NCBI RefSeq assembly: GCF_009914755.1
Contig: NC_060944.1
Source of the DNA: the human T2T-CHM13v2.0 reference genome, Homo sapiens
Direction: 5' to 3' (one strand)
Length of the DNA: 64,000 nt
Both the position numbers and the translations under genes were made by a program. Position 1 is the first letter of the stretch. The number at the start of each line of letters is the position of its first letter. Shown in pieces: positions 28,418 through 41,407 of the stretch. Below the pieces are notes generated by a model, which had not been told where the DNA came from, searched no databases, and was given only the letters and a program-made list of their open reading frames with translations.

Positions 28418-28776
28418 GTGAGTTGGATGCTACTCATGTCTGGGGCTCCAGAGGATTAGATGATGCTTACTTTCTGAGCCTCTGTCAGTATCCCTGGTAT
28501 TTGATGTGGAGCGTTTTCTGCACTGAAAGCTTAAGTTGTTGTCCATTTCACTGTGTGTCCAGGTCGTCTTTGTCAGAATACGGAAGACTAGCCTTGTTGT
28601 TCTCTGCCTCTTACCCTCCAGTTCCAGAACTTACACCCATAAACAAGAGGCACAAAGGCTTGAAACAGTTGTTAAAATTTTTTAAAAAAGCAAAACAAAA
28701 AATTCAATTCCAAACTACACATAGTGGAAGGAAATTGCTTTCTTAGGGAAAAAAAGCAAGGAAATGACAAGAAATA

Positions 28777-29109
28777 CAAACGTCCTTTCTTATCCACAGT
28801 TTTGCTTTCAGTTACACACAGTCAACTGTCCAGAAATAGATAAGTACAGTACAATAAGATATTTTGAGAGAGGCCACATTCATATAACTTTTTTATAGTA
28901 TATTGTTATAATTGTTCTGTTTTATTTAGTTATTGTTGTTAATCTCTTACTGTGCCTAATTTATAAATTAACCTTTATCATAGTTGTGTAGTTATCATAG
29001 GTGTGTATCTATAGGGAAAAACATAGTGTACATAGGTTTCAGTACTGTGTGCAGTTTCAGGCATCCATCGGGGGTCTTGGAACATCCGTCGGGATGCAGG
29101 GGACTACTG
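28777..29109. mobile_element. Tigger-type non-autonomous DNA transposon (Tigger2/MER2/MER8/MER28 group)
   Basis: TA-flanked; ends ttcaggcatcca...ggggtcttggaac...ggggactactg|TA; AT-rich core. Exact subfamily uncertain. Confidence 0.75.
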
Positions 29110-32100
29110 TAACTGGAATTCTGTAGTGAATTGAAGCAATGTGGAGTGGTGGAGAGTATGCCTGCCTTCTGGGCCTAGCTCTGCCTCCTCTAGCTGCTAG
29201 CCTGTCACAGCTAGGAGAAATTTTGCAAAGGTTACAGGAGGTACTACAGCATCCAGTCTGTACCTGGCACACAGCGGGTGCTCAGTCAGTGTGGGTTTCC
29301 CTCCTCCTCACCCACCCCATGGAGTTCCCCAAATGCTGCTGGATCTTTGACTGGACCTGACTCAGCTGGAGAGGCCTCCAGTCGGTGAGCAAGCCCCCAG
29401 TTACAAGGCGGGGCCCCTGTTCTGAGCTCTGAATGCAGCCCCACCGTCAGCCACCTAGGCACTAACTGGAGAGCGCTGGCTGGTACGTGTGGCAGTGGAG
29501 GCCCATGTGGGAATTTCCAGTACTGACGATGCCGGAGTTCAGGGAGTGTCCAGATGGACTGGGTAACTCTAGACAAATCAGTGTTCACCTCGGGCCCTCA
29601 TTCTGCCCATTTCTAAGATGAAGGACTAGGCTAGATTTACTCAGAGAGCTTACCTTTCAGTTGCTTTTAGCTCCCATTCCAGGTGGCGGATGAAATGTGA
29701 GGATAAACATAGTCTACACAGTGAAGTGAAGCACGGTTAAGAGCGTGGGCTCTAGGGTCAGAGGCTTGTGGATCCAAATCTTGGCTCTGTTGTTTACTCT
29801 GTTACCTCAAGCAAGATACCAGTTGCTCTGTGACCTCCTAGAAAGGGCAAGGGGATTGAATGAGGTGACACAAGTTAACAGTGAACGTTAGTGTGAGTGT
29901 TACAAAATACCAGGAAGATCATTGTCATTATTATTTTAAGTGAGGCATGGCCAAAATCCTGTGGGAAGCCTTGTGAGAGAGGTGGCATTGAGCTGGTCTG
30001 AGAGGCTAGGACAGAGACAGTCCAGAAAGAAACAGCAGTGTGAGTGAAGGCATAGGGGCTGGAAATCTCGTGTCTGCTCAGCCCTCCCCATCAGGGAATG
30101 GTAAATCCATTGCACCCATTTTGTAGATGGAGAGTATGAGGCATTGGAATCTGTTGTTTTCTCCTCAGAGAAAAAGAGAGTAAAGGGGTCTGATGGACAC
30201 AGCCCCACTCATGCCTTCCGGGGTGACACCCTGGGGGCTTCTTCTCATTCTCAGTGTCAGATTCGCGTGAATTACTGCTCAGAGCCTCATTTTGCCTCCT
30301 CCCTAAGGTGTAGCTGTGGTGATTTGCAACTCCAGCCTTTAAATGGCATTTACTTCTAATGCCCACATGTTCAATTAGAACTTCTTATTACCCTCAGCTC
30401 TACTATCTTGCATTGAGCCTTCTCCCTGCACCTCCATCCTTGTAATCAAAACAGTGATCTTCCAAGAAAGGAAAAGTATTTTTAATGGGTGCTGACATGT
30501 AGTAGTAGTAGTTGGATGTTTTTCTTTCTCAAACCCTGCCACACACACCCTAAGTGATTCACAATTTTCCATTGTTGTGAGCCCTAGCCTCTGTCTCCCT
30601 CGGATCCTGGTTTATTTCCCTAGTGCCTTTTAAGGTGCTGACCCCATACTGGATACTGAGTGGATGATTGTTGAGTGAGTGCCTGGGCAAGCGAGCAGGT
30701 GAGCGAACCAGTGAAGGGTCTGCACAGACGCCATCTTCATTCCCACCCCTCTGTTTTTCTCCCCCACTGCTTTCTGCCCACCCTCACCTCCCCCACCTCC
30801 ATGCAGACCCTCGCAGCCATCCTTCCAGGCCTGGGCTCAGCCCTTCATTTCTCTCCCCATCACCCTTCATAGCCAGCTCCTTAGTCCATCCCACCTCTTC
30901 TGTCTCCGAACTCAACCTTGAATCCATCCACTTCTCTGCATCCATTATTCCCATGATAGCACCCTTTTTCTTTCCATCCGAGCCCTTATCACAACCTATG
31001 ATTGTTTTTATTTATGTGTTTGTTTACTCCTTTTGTCTGTCTCATACATTAGAATATAAGCTCCATGACGGACATTGTCTGCCTTGTTCACTGTGTCTCC
31101 TCAGCACCCAGAGCAATGCCAAGCAAATAATGGGAACCAGTAACAATTTCAGACATTGTGGAATGAAACCCTACCCTTGTATGAATTTAACGTAGCAAAC
31201 ATTGACTGTGACTCTCCTCGGGACTAGCTGGGCACAGTGCTAAGTGCTGTGCTATGGAGGTGTCACACGGCAGCTGCCCTCATGGAGTTTACAGCCTTCC
31301 AGGGACATAGAGTATAAATGATTGACCATAATCCAAGCCCAGTGAAATGCACGCTCCAGGAACTACTCAGCTGGCCCTGCTCAGTGCCAGGCTCTGTGTC
31401 CAGTCCTAGAGATACTAAAGGAATAAGCGAGATCCCTATCCTTGAGGCGTTCACAGTCTAGGGGGAGAGGCTCAAAACTAATTAGAACGTGCTAAGCACC
31501 CGTCAAGTTGTGAACAGTGTGCTGAGGGAGGGAGTGGCACGGAGGCAGTTATGTAAGCAGGGAGGGAGCCACTTCTCCTCCTCAGGACTAGGACTGGTAC
31601 CCAAACCAGGCAGAGGGAGCAGAGGCCTGGAGGAGGACAGGGCAGGATGCAGTGGCCTTGGGGAGGACTATAGCCCCTTCAAGGGAGGCCAAGAAGAGGT
31701 GCAGGAGGCTGTAGTGTTGGGTGGGGTGTGGCTGGGCAGGGCTCCTGAGTTCTCCTAGGTGCACAGTGAGTTTGGGGTACAAGGGGTGACTGCATCCCTT
31801 GATTGGCCAGCAGACAGCGGACATTCTCATTAGTCCCTGGGGAATCGTTTGGGAAATTTGAGGTCATCAGTGTGGAGGTGATATTTAGAGCCTGGGAATT
31901 AAACGCCATTGCTCAGGTTGAAGAGGCCCCAAACATCACGCTGGCAATTAAAAGAGTTCTCTCTAGATGGAAGGTTGTCATAAAGAGTTCTCAGCCCTCC
32001 CGCTGGTGTGCCCCTGTCCTGCCTCACCCACGGCAGGGGAAGCCAGTCTGCAGCAGGGTGTGGAGCCTGTGCAGTGTGGCCTGCCTCTGGGAGCACCCCC

Positions 32101-33504
32101 TGAACAGGGTGCTGCAAGGACCCTGAGGAGCCCTCACTTGGGTGGAGAGGGTGGTGCTGAGGTTGACAAGGTTGAGACTCCCATGGAGGTGGAAGGGGTG
32201 GGAGGCTGGGCTCTTCTGGGACCCCCGTCCAAAAGCCCATCTGGTTCTCCTTTTCATACCACGCCCCCCCCACCCCACCCTTCCTTCAATCAAAAGCCCA
32301 AGAAAACAAAGCCTCATAAAGAAAACCAGCTCATCAGTCTGTCCTCTTTGATTTTAATTTTGTTTTTCAGTTTGGGTTGCTTCCTTTTTTTCTTTAACAT
32401 ACTAATTAGATGCAAGCTTTTTTCTTTGATTTTATGGCCTACATATTTCCTAAGTTTTGCTGGCAGGATGACAGCTGATGTATCCCTTGAGGTCTCAGGA
32501 AAACGCTGATGAGGCAAGCCCAGCGGGGGACTTTTCCCGTTATTTTTCAGCCCCCACTCTCACAATTTTCTCCCTCCTCTATTGGGGGTGCCAAGAGCGC
32601 AGGGAATAATTGATGGCTCATTACAGCCCCTGTCTCTGCACACTGCTTACTCAGTGCTCCCGACGTCCAGCCTTCCCCAGAACCAGCAGCAGCTCTGGCC
32701 TGAGGACTGTGGGCCCTCCTAGGGAACCGTGGTCTGAGGACTGAGACGGCCACAAAGAGAAGGGCAGATGGAGCCATGTGCTCCATGAGAACAGCAGCAG
32801 ACTTACTGCCATTTATTTCTGTGGTGCTCGGCACCCTGACTGGCAGAGAGGAGGAGTCAGTTACTGCTGACTGGGGTGCGTGCTGAGGTGGTGCTGTAGG
32901 CTTCTTCTATTCCAGAAATCCAGGACCATGGTAGGTAGAGTAGTCACTTACCGAGCTCCTACCTCCTCTGGGTCAGGCCTTTGGGGTACAGTGTCATTAC
33001 CTCTGGTCCTCACAACAGGCCTAGAAAGTGGGGTAACAAGGAAACTGAGACTCACTGAGCTTAGTGGGGGTACCTGGGTCTCTGGTGATGTAAACTGGAT
33101 CCAGACTCAGAAGGAGCTATGCACAGCGGTAAGGAATGTGCCAACTGCTGATTGGCCCATATGCTCCTATGGGCTTTTAGGAGAGAAGAAAAATGCAGGG
33201 CACTCACCTTTAGAGAGCACCAATTTGACATCACAGGGTGCTAGGCAGGCTTCTAAGATAAGTGAGACACTCAGGAGACCCTGTCCCCAACAGGCATACG
33301 TCCCTCACAAGTGAGGTGACTGACCATAGCGCAAAGCAGAATGGAGCCAGTGCTGGGATGCAGAGGTACAAGGGGAATGAAGACGGCACAGTTAACTCAC
33401 AGTTAATCCGGCTGGACATGAAAAGGAGCCCAAAGATCCAGGGAAGCTGTACGGAAGGCATGGCTTCTTTTTTATTTTTTATTATTGTAGTAATAATTTA
33501 TCGT

Positions 33505-33630
33505 TTTGACTATTACTACCATCACTACCATCTATCCACAGGCCTTTTTTTCATCTTGCAAAACTGGAATTGCCCGTTCCTCCCTCCCCCCAGCCCCTGG
33601 CAGCCACTATTCTGCATTCTGTCTCTGTGG
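33505..33630 (-). mobile_element. L1M 3' fragment
   Basis: tttttcatcttgcaaaactg...cccagcccctggcagccactattctg...tctgtctctgtg motif. Confidence 0.65.
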
Positions 33631-35762
33631 CTGCCTGCATGGGAAGGGTTTCCGCAGGCAGCTACGCATGGGCATTGTTGAGCAGTCATCACCTTGGCTG
33701 TGGCGTAGGAGCTGTGACCCGAGAATGCTTCGAAATACAAATATTTGTGCCAAGGGTTGCAGTGGAAGCCACTGGCCAGTCTTATCGATGTTTTAGTCTC
33801 CTGGTGAAAGTTGTTGGAGGACCACACAGATGCCCAGGAGCAGCCATGGCTACTGCACAGTGGCTGGTTTGCAGAGAAAATCTTAGAGGATTACTGACTC
33901 AAAACTCTCTCACTGCTGGGCGAAAAGAATGAGCCAGAAACTTAAATGCTTTTAGAATTTGGCCCATGGCCCTTTGATTTGCGAGTATTCTTTATGGTTT
34001 AAAATCTCCTCCTAGTAGCTCATAAACATGTATTTCCATATTGATTTGGGGCTCTTGGTAACCCAATTTGTGTGATTTTAAAGCTGCAGAGGCTGATAGG
34101 ATTTATCTTTGGATGACATGTTGGCATGTGCGTGGCTTGCGCCTGGTCATGGATACGGTGTCCCACAGGGTATTTGGAGGCAGGAAAGGATCATGGAGAG
34201 AGGCCTGTATGTTAGCCCTGTAGCCAGCGGCCTTGACAAGGCTCAGAGGCATCTTAAGGACACCTCAAGAGCTTTTCAGCAAAGATGTCACATTTGCCTT
34301 AGGATTGCTGCCCCCGGGCCTCACACCCAGTTCACCCAAGAGGGCTCTCGGGAAGCGCTGCCCGGGGTAGTGTGGTGGTGGTATGCAGGGGTCGGGGGGA
34401 ACCACTCTTGGAGAACCAACTGTGCTAAGACCATGGAGCCTGCAGTGAGTTGCCCAGGTTCACAAGCAAGCTCTGTCGCTTTCTAGTGTCTGACCTCAGG
34501 CAGCTCTTCCCCTCTCCAAGCCATAGCTCCTGCATCTGTAAGATGGGGAGAACCTGTCTCAGAAGGCTGCTGTGAGAATGAGGTGAAGTGCTGTATGTAC
34601 AGTGCTCGCATGGTGGCTGGCACCTAGAAGAAAGTGCCTGTTACATGTTAGCTGTCTTTATTGTTATAATTAGTGTCCAAGCTCACCCAGGAACAGAGAT
34701 GCTCAGACCAACATAAATTCTGGATCTCCATGTAACTCTGGGCAAGTTAGTAGGTAACATATTTAAGTCTTGGTTTCCTCCTCTGTAAAAAACACAAAGA
34801 AAAAAACACCTAAAATAAATATTGCCTCTCTCAGGAAGCCTCCAAAGTTAAAATGCAGTTGGGTGCCTGGGACCAAGTTACATACTCAGTAAATGGAAGT
34901 TCCTTCCTTCCTTGACCTAATCCTTTCGCCTGGAGTTAGCAGCAGCTTGGACTGAGATGCCACCAGGAAAAGCAGGGACCAGCACACAGGCTCGACTTCC
35001 CCGGGGCCTTGTGGGGGTGGGTGGTTGTCAGTGGGTGCTTTTCCAACTGTGTAAAACATCCATGGGACTCTGAGAACATGACCATTGGCATTGTAAGCAA
35101 GAGCAAGGGTCTTTCTCTGTAAGTGGGTTTCATTTGAATGGCATCCCTGATGAAATGAGAACCTACTGCCTAGCAAAATATTCTACTTCTGGAGAAGCGC
35201 AACTTTCAACCTTCCAAGTTCATTGTTGTTGTCAAGGAATCTCTGTTAGACCTGAAGGATTTTCCTTTCTCAGTTTCTATTTTGTGGTTATATGTACATC
35301 TTCAAGGGTTTTCAATGTGAAAATATTGGGCATTCCTCCTCTCTCCTCCCTCTTCCTCCTGCATTTTTAAAAAGGTGAACATGTAAGGCTTAAGGTTCAT
35401 GGATCTGAACCAGGCTTGTGAATACTCATCCAGGTCTCCGCCCTGGAAGACGACTTTTCCCCATCCACCAGCCCCAGTGCCCCCTCCCTCTCCCTCTCAA
35501 CATAAACAGAACAGCTTGTATTCCATGTCTGAATAGTAAACCTGCTGTCTAAAGTTTGCTTTAATATTTATGCGTTCAGCACTGCTGCCTGTTTCTGAGT
35601 TCCATCAAAGCCTTTATTATAAGAGCATTTGAAAATGTGGGGGAAGTAGAGAAAGGAGTTGACGTGTATGCCGTCTTTCTCACTCTCCACTGACTTAGCC
35701 TCTTCCCTCTCTCCCCTCATCCTTTTCTCCCTCTCCCCTCATCCTGCAGTCTCTTTTCCTCT

Positions 35763-35802
35763 TACATACACATGCACACACGCACACACGCACACACACA
35801 TG
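35763..35802. repeat. Imperfect (CA)n tract
   Basis: tacatacacatgcacacacgcacacacgcacacacacatg read directly. Confidence 0.8.
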
Positions 35803-38800
35803 CAGCAGAGAGAACTCTTTCCCAAGACCTCTGGGAGGACTCTGTTCAATATTTAAACTGCTGCAGCAGCTGTAATAACCAGAGGTAGCTGGCACCACCA
35901 AGATTTGCTCTAAATAGGACTCTGCCATAGAAACAAAGAATGAGCAAGGGCAAAGGGTGAGGTTGAGGTGCCTGAGGGTGCAGCTTCCCCGGGCAGTGGA
36001 TGAGCACTAGGCCAGTGGATGAGTACTAGGCCGGGTCGTCGGACCTGGTTCTGGGCCTGGCTCCGTGGCCGGCTCACTGTGGGACCCTGGCCATCCACGT
36101 GCCCCCTCAGGGCTGCAATAAATTTCTGAGAACCCTTCCAACTCTGATATTTGGTAACTTGGCATAAGAGAGGGTGACCCCAGCCAGTCCACCCACATCT
36201 GTCCTGGCCACCGAGGCCACTGTACCATAAGACATTCCTGTTTTGGAATGCTCACAGAGCAGAGTTTTTTTTCCCAAAGACTAGGGGCCAGGCAGGGTAG
36301 CCTGTTGCTTAGGTAACAGGATGCTGCTGTGAGGACCGGCCCCCTCCCAGTGGTTTTTTAGGGGCCTTTTTTTTTTTTACTATCCACACATTTCAAGGTT
36401 TGAATTCCGGCTCCTCTACATCCTAGACTTGGGCGGGTTGCTTCAGTTCTCTGATAGCCTCTGTTTCCCCCTGGGTAAGTAGGGATGGTGTTCTTTACCT
36501 TGTGAGATTGATGCAAAGGTTACATGTGAGACAACCTAGAAAATGCAGGCACATAGCAGTGCACAGCACATGTTAGTTCCACTCCGCTCTGTATGGGACA
36601 GGCCCTCTTCCAGGGGACACTAAGCCATTCACTGCCTGTGGGCCAGTCGGATATCCCCTTTCCAGAGAATGGGTGATGTGACTGTTTGCTTCTTAGCACA
36701 GTTGGAGTGACACAGGAGACTTGCGCATAGGATGGGTGCTCTGTGTACCGTCGGCATATGTAAGCGAGGCCTCGGCACAGGTGATTCGGCAAAGGGATTG
36801 ATGCAGGTGTGGGTTCCCTCTGCTTCGTACATCCCTAGAAAGAACTCAGGGAAGCCGGCTTTACTGTTGGAAAATCACTGCCCCACAGCATCGGACTGTT
36901 TCTCCACTTCCCTCTCTCCTGGGTCTGAGAAGACATTAGGAGAGCAAAGTGTTAGCTCAATCCATTAAGACTCCTGCTTCCAGACCATGCCTCCGGGGAT
37001 ATTAGATGCCATAATGGTCATTTCTCTCTCTCCTGGGGCAGCAACTATATCATTCACATGTGAGTAAGAGATACCACTTACACACAGCCCCAGAGCCTTC
37101 TGCCAAAGCTCAGTTCCTGTCTCCATCACCCTGGCCCTCTCTCTAAGGGGCCTTAATAGGAGGCATCACAACCACTTGCTGTTGGAGGTGATGGATGGGC
37201 CTAACAGAAGAGGATTTCTGGGGGTAGACACACAGCTGGCACATGCCTGAATCCCACATCCCATTTTCTGGCACACGACCAAAGTAATAAAGAGGAACGG
37301 GGCAAAATAAAGAGGTAGCAGGAGCAAAATTACTTCCCCAGCATTGGCAGGGGTGGGGCTGACAGGGGAGGGGTGAGAGGTCACATGCTTTGTCTCCCCA
37401 GTCTTTGTCTGGTTTGGATCAGCAGGTGTTTTATTATGCAAAAGCCTCTTACTAGAGAGTTCTCTCCATTTTCTTTCTCAAGCCAGGCCCCAGTAAGGGA
37501 CCAGGGGGCAGAAGTGCAGGCAGCCATCCTAGTCACCCACTGCAGGAGATCCTTCAGCACGACACTCTGCTGGGGGGCCCTCGGCCAGGCTTAGCTGGGA
37601 GGAAGGCGAAAGCCCCTGCCTTCATGCAGCTCTCTGTCTAGGGAGAGAGGGGCTGGGTGGAGGATGGTCTAGCAGTCAGGCCCACATGTGCTGGAGGCAG
37701 TGGCCTGGGGCCGGGTGTGGGAGTGAGAGGTGACCAGGCAGGCTTTCACAGAGAAGACATCTCAGGAGGGGACCCGGAGGAGGTGTGGGACTTCCCCAGT
37801 GCCATTACTGGCCTGAGCAAAGGAGGCTGAGGGAGGGAACTAATGTTCCCTGGACGTTTGTTATTTGAACATTTTCAGAGGGGACCACCCAAGGGCACAG
37901 TTGTGAGTCAGAGCTAGGATTTGATTGCCTTTTCCTCTCTGGCTGTGGGCAGGGGACAGTCAGAGGGCAGTGAAGGGTTGGACCACCCCATCCTCCCCCT
38001 TCCCCTCCCACCAGATCCCCTACACTTGCTCTAGGAGCCACCGCAGGAAGTCCAGAGTCACCAAATCATCCCTCGCCATCTCCTAAAAAAAAAAAAAAAC
38101 AGGGTGACCATGTTATTTTGGGGGACGAGGACACTAAAAAAAAAGAAATGGCGTCTTAAGGATCACTGTGCTGGGACAACAGGGGAGACAAGAACACAAG
38201 CCTGCCCACCATGACACTCTCTGATGGCATCCTCTGCTGATCTGTTGCCAGAACTGTGCCCAGAGCCTCACCCTCCTCAGGAATATTTCCTTTCTCTTCC
38301 TGGTCTCACTGAAACCTGGTGCTCCTACACCCCTCCTGCCACTGGAGACATAGGAGGGGTCTTCCATGCTCCAGTACTTCTAGACTATTCTCTCTCCCTC
38401 CCTTCCCCGAATACACCCAGCTGTCGAAGTTTGTGTCGGGGGACTGCACCCCCCGACAGCCCCTCCCTGTTGTTGGCACCAGCACCTGTGCCCCCAGTCC
38501 TTGCGGGGATTCTGGGCTCACTGTCAGCCTCCCCAATGCTCTTGTCATATTTCTTGGTGATTGCAACATCCATATCTCTTTCTCACACCCCATTTCCGGT
38601 CTATCTGTAAATCCTATTGGAGCCACCCTCAGAAAACATCAAGAAGCTGAAGACGTCGCCTCACCTCCACCGCTACCTGCCCAATCCAGGCCACTGTCAC
38701 GTCGCATCTCCTTTCCCTGCCTTTGCTTCCCCCATGGTGTCCCCCACACAGCATTGAGAGGGATCTGGCAAAAGTCAAATCACGTCATTCCTTTCTGCTC

Positions 38801-39149
38801 AGGACCCACCGCACAGAAAGGCCACAGCCCTTACCGTGGTGCACAGACCCACACCATCTGGGTATGGCCCCTCCCGTGGCTCCAGGCTGTGGCCACGCTG
38901 ACCTCTTCGCTGACCCTCAGATAAACCAAAGAAGTGCCTCCCCTTAGATCCTCTGCCCTGGCTGCCCTGCCACTCGCTCCTAGACCTTTCCACACTCATC
39001 TCCTTCTGATCTTTAAGCAGATACTCCCTGCTGACAGCCACCTGTGTATTTTGTTCACTTTTTGGTTTGTGACCCTCACTAGAAAGTAGGCTCCACACAA
39101 GCAGAAATTTGCATCTGTTTCTATCACTGCTTTATTCCCATTCCCAAAA

Positions 39150-39331
39150 AAAGGTTCTCAAACTGGAGCATACATCAGCATCACCTGGAGACTCAATAAA
39201 TCCCAGATCACTGGGCCCCACCCGTTTCCTGTTAAGTGGGTCTAGGGTGGTCCCAAGAATTTGTGTTTCTAGTAAGTTTCCATGCAGTGCTGCTGCTGCT
39301 GCTGCTGCTCGGGTCCACACTCAGAACCACT
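39150..39331. mobile_element. MER5A-like hAT-Charlie element with internal (TGC)n
   Basis: ggttctcaaact...catcagcatcacctggag...gggccccaccc...agaaccact. Confidence 0.8.
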
Positions 39332-39362
39332 CACCCAGAGCAGTGCCTGCCCAGCTGGTGTC

Positions 39363-39728
39363 TGTCTTAGTCTGTTCGTGCTGCTGTAACAAAATCCCTG
39401 AGACTGGGTAATTTATGAAGAACAGAAATGTACTTCCTCACAATTCTGGAGGCGGGGGGTCCAAGAGCACTGCCCCAACCTTTGGTGTCTGCTGAGGGCC
39501 GTCCTATTGCATCCTCACATTGCAGAAGGGGGAAGGGCAAAGGGTCTTGAGAGTTCCCTGCAGTCCTTTTGCAAGGGTCTAATCCCCCTAGATTAGACCT
39601 AATCTAGACCTAATCTAATCTTATAATTAGATGGTAAGAACCTAATCACCCCATAAAGGCCTTCGATGCGTTGAGGATGAGGTTTCAGCATGAGTTTTGG
39701 AGGGGACACAAACATTCAGACCTTAGTA
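39363..39728 (-). mobile_element. MaLR solo LTR (MLT1A/MST-like)
   Basis: tgtcttagtctgttcgtgctgctgtaacaaaat...ttttggaggggacacaaacattcagacc. Confidence 0.85.
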
Positions 39729-39997
39729 GCATCCACGCCATGTGTGTTGAGTGAATAAATACATGAGGGCGGAAGTGAAGGGTGTGGCTAGGAGGGGAAT
39801 CCAAGCATGGAAAGGTAAGTTGGGACCTTTCCACTGAGGCCTCAAAGGCAAGACCCCAAGGAATTTGGCTACAGTGGGGGCATTAGGGCGACTTGCACCT
39901 CTGTGGGAGCTGGGGTTCTGGGAAAGGTATGAAGCGACGCAGCCACGGTGGATGCCATGCCTGGGATCCACTCCTGACTCTATCTTTGTCCCCCTAG

Positions 39998-40086
39998 AGT
40001 ATGCAGAGAACATCGGGGACGGCCGGAGCCCGGAGTTCCGGGAGAACGAGCAAAAGCGCATCCTGGGCTTGCTGGAGAACTTCTAG
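39998..40086 (+). CDS. CTNNBL1: CTNNBL1 last coding exon, (E)YAENIGDGRSPEFRENEQKRILGLLENF-stop
   Basis: tctttgtccccctag acceptor; phase 1 completes the GAG codon; TAG stop at 40084-40086; recognised C-terminus. Confidence 0.97.
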
Positions 40087-40200
40087 AGGCACCTTGGCCC
40101 TGCGCATCATGGACTCTCTCAGCTTCCCTCCCAGGATCAGTTTCTACACAACTCTGTGTGGCTTTTGGACAAATTAAAGCTAGTTTTGGTATCCCCGGGC
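40087..40200 (+). terminator. CTNNBL1: CTNNBL1 short 3' UTR and polyadenylation signal (ATTAAA 40173-40178)
   Basis: Variant hexamer ATTAAA 87 nt after the stop, followed by a U/GU-rich element (cagttttctttgtagtt, from 40201). Cleavage site inferred at about 40190-40200. Confidence 0.8.
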
Positions 40201-40509
40201 CAGTTTTCTTTGTAGTTAAGCTTCGCCTGCTGACCCTCCCTGCCCCCTCCCCACAGCAGCTACTTCAGGACTCCCCCAGGGAAGGCACATGGGCAGCCTC
40301 ACTCCGCCTGCAAGAAAGCTGAGGCTCAGAGGGTGTAGCAGTGACAACTTCGCCACTGTGGCTACGCAGGTGGTGCTGCTGTGAGGCTGGACTGGGGACC
40401 CGCCTAGAGTCTAGATGTGGGACCCAAGGCCCTGGCCTCATGCTCCAGTTCCCTGGGGAGGCCAGCCACACAGCACAGCCCTCAGAGCATGCAGAGCCCT
40501 GCCGCGTGT

Positions 40510-40662
40510 CAGACCACTCGGGTGGGGGCTGCATGGAGAATTACCAGATCCCAACGTGGGCCCCACCGCAAAAATAGCATCCAATCTCTCAGTGAGGCCC
40601 TGGCATTTGGGCTGTTTAAAGCTCCCAGTGGTTCCGTGCATCAGGGTGAGAGCCACTGCTTT
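40510..40662. mobile_element. MER5A1-like fragment
   Basis: gggcccccacc...aatctct...ccctggcat...tttaaagctccca...gagagccactgcttta. Confidence 0.55.
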
Positions 40663-40715
40663 AGAGTGGACAGGTTTGGGTCCATCTCCCCACTGCATCA
40701 TTACCAGCTGTACAT

Positions 40716-41030
40716 TTTGTTTTGGTTTGGGTTTTGTTTTTTTTTTTTGAGACGGAGTCTCCCTCTGTCGCCCAGGCTGGAGTGCAGTGGCGCAATCTCG
40801 ACTCACTGCAAGCTCCATGTCCTAGGTTCACGCCATTCTTCCGCCTCAGCCTCCCGAGTAGCTAGGACTACAGGCGCCCGCCACCATGCCCGGCTAATTT
40901 TTTTGTATTTTTAGTAGAGACGAGATTTCACCGTGTTAGCCAGGATGGTCTCGATCTCCTGACCTCATGATCCACCTGCCTCGGCCTCCCAAAGTACTGG
41001 GATTACAGGCGTGGGCCACTGCACCTGGCC
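40716..41030 (-). mobile_element. AluY-like element inserted in the tail of an older Alu fragment
   Basis: Y-type diagnostic strings (gttcacgccattct, cgtgttagccaggatggtctcgatctcctgacctc); ggttttgtttt on both sides. Confidence 0.9.
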
Positions 41031-41200
41031 GGTTTTGTTTTGTTTTTCTTTTTAAGACACAGGGTCTTACTTTGTGGCCCAGGCTGGAGTGCAGTGGTGC
41101 AACCACAGCTCACCGCAGCCTTGACTTCCTGGGCTCAGGCGATCCTCCCACCTCAGCCTCCTGGGTAGCTGAGAGGGAGGTGCCACCACATCTGGCTGAT
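41031..41200 (-). mobile_element. 5'-truncated AluJ-like right arm
   Basis: Reverse Alu right-arm sequence; the composite 40716-41200 is bounded by the direct repeat agctgtacattt inside a MIR. Confidence 0.85.
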
Positions 41201-41407
41201 TTAGCTGTACATTTGGATAAGTGACTTTCACCTTTCTGAATCTCACTTCTTAAACTGCACAGTGGGGCCAATAATACCCATTTGCTGCTGAGGATGGCAT
41301 GCTCAGCAAGCCTGCAGCGCAGTGATGAAGGCACAGTCGTGGCTTGGTAGCTGCTGCTTCCTTTGGTTCTTCCCACACACATTTGTGACTTCAGAATTGT
41401 GATTTCA

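Noticed and set aside
31100-31121. REST/NRSE-like tcagcacccagagcaatgcc (and ctgtgccaggtgctgaa near 57635)
   Set aside because: The GGACAG half-site is missing and both lie in L2/MIR-like sequence.
38319-38924. 201-aa ORF, and the 207-aa ORF at 45863-46486
   Set aside because: No recognisable homology or exon structure; low-complexity composition, and the first overlaps degenerate L2-like sequence.
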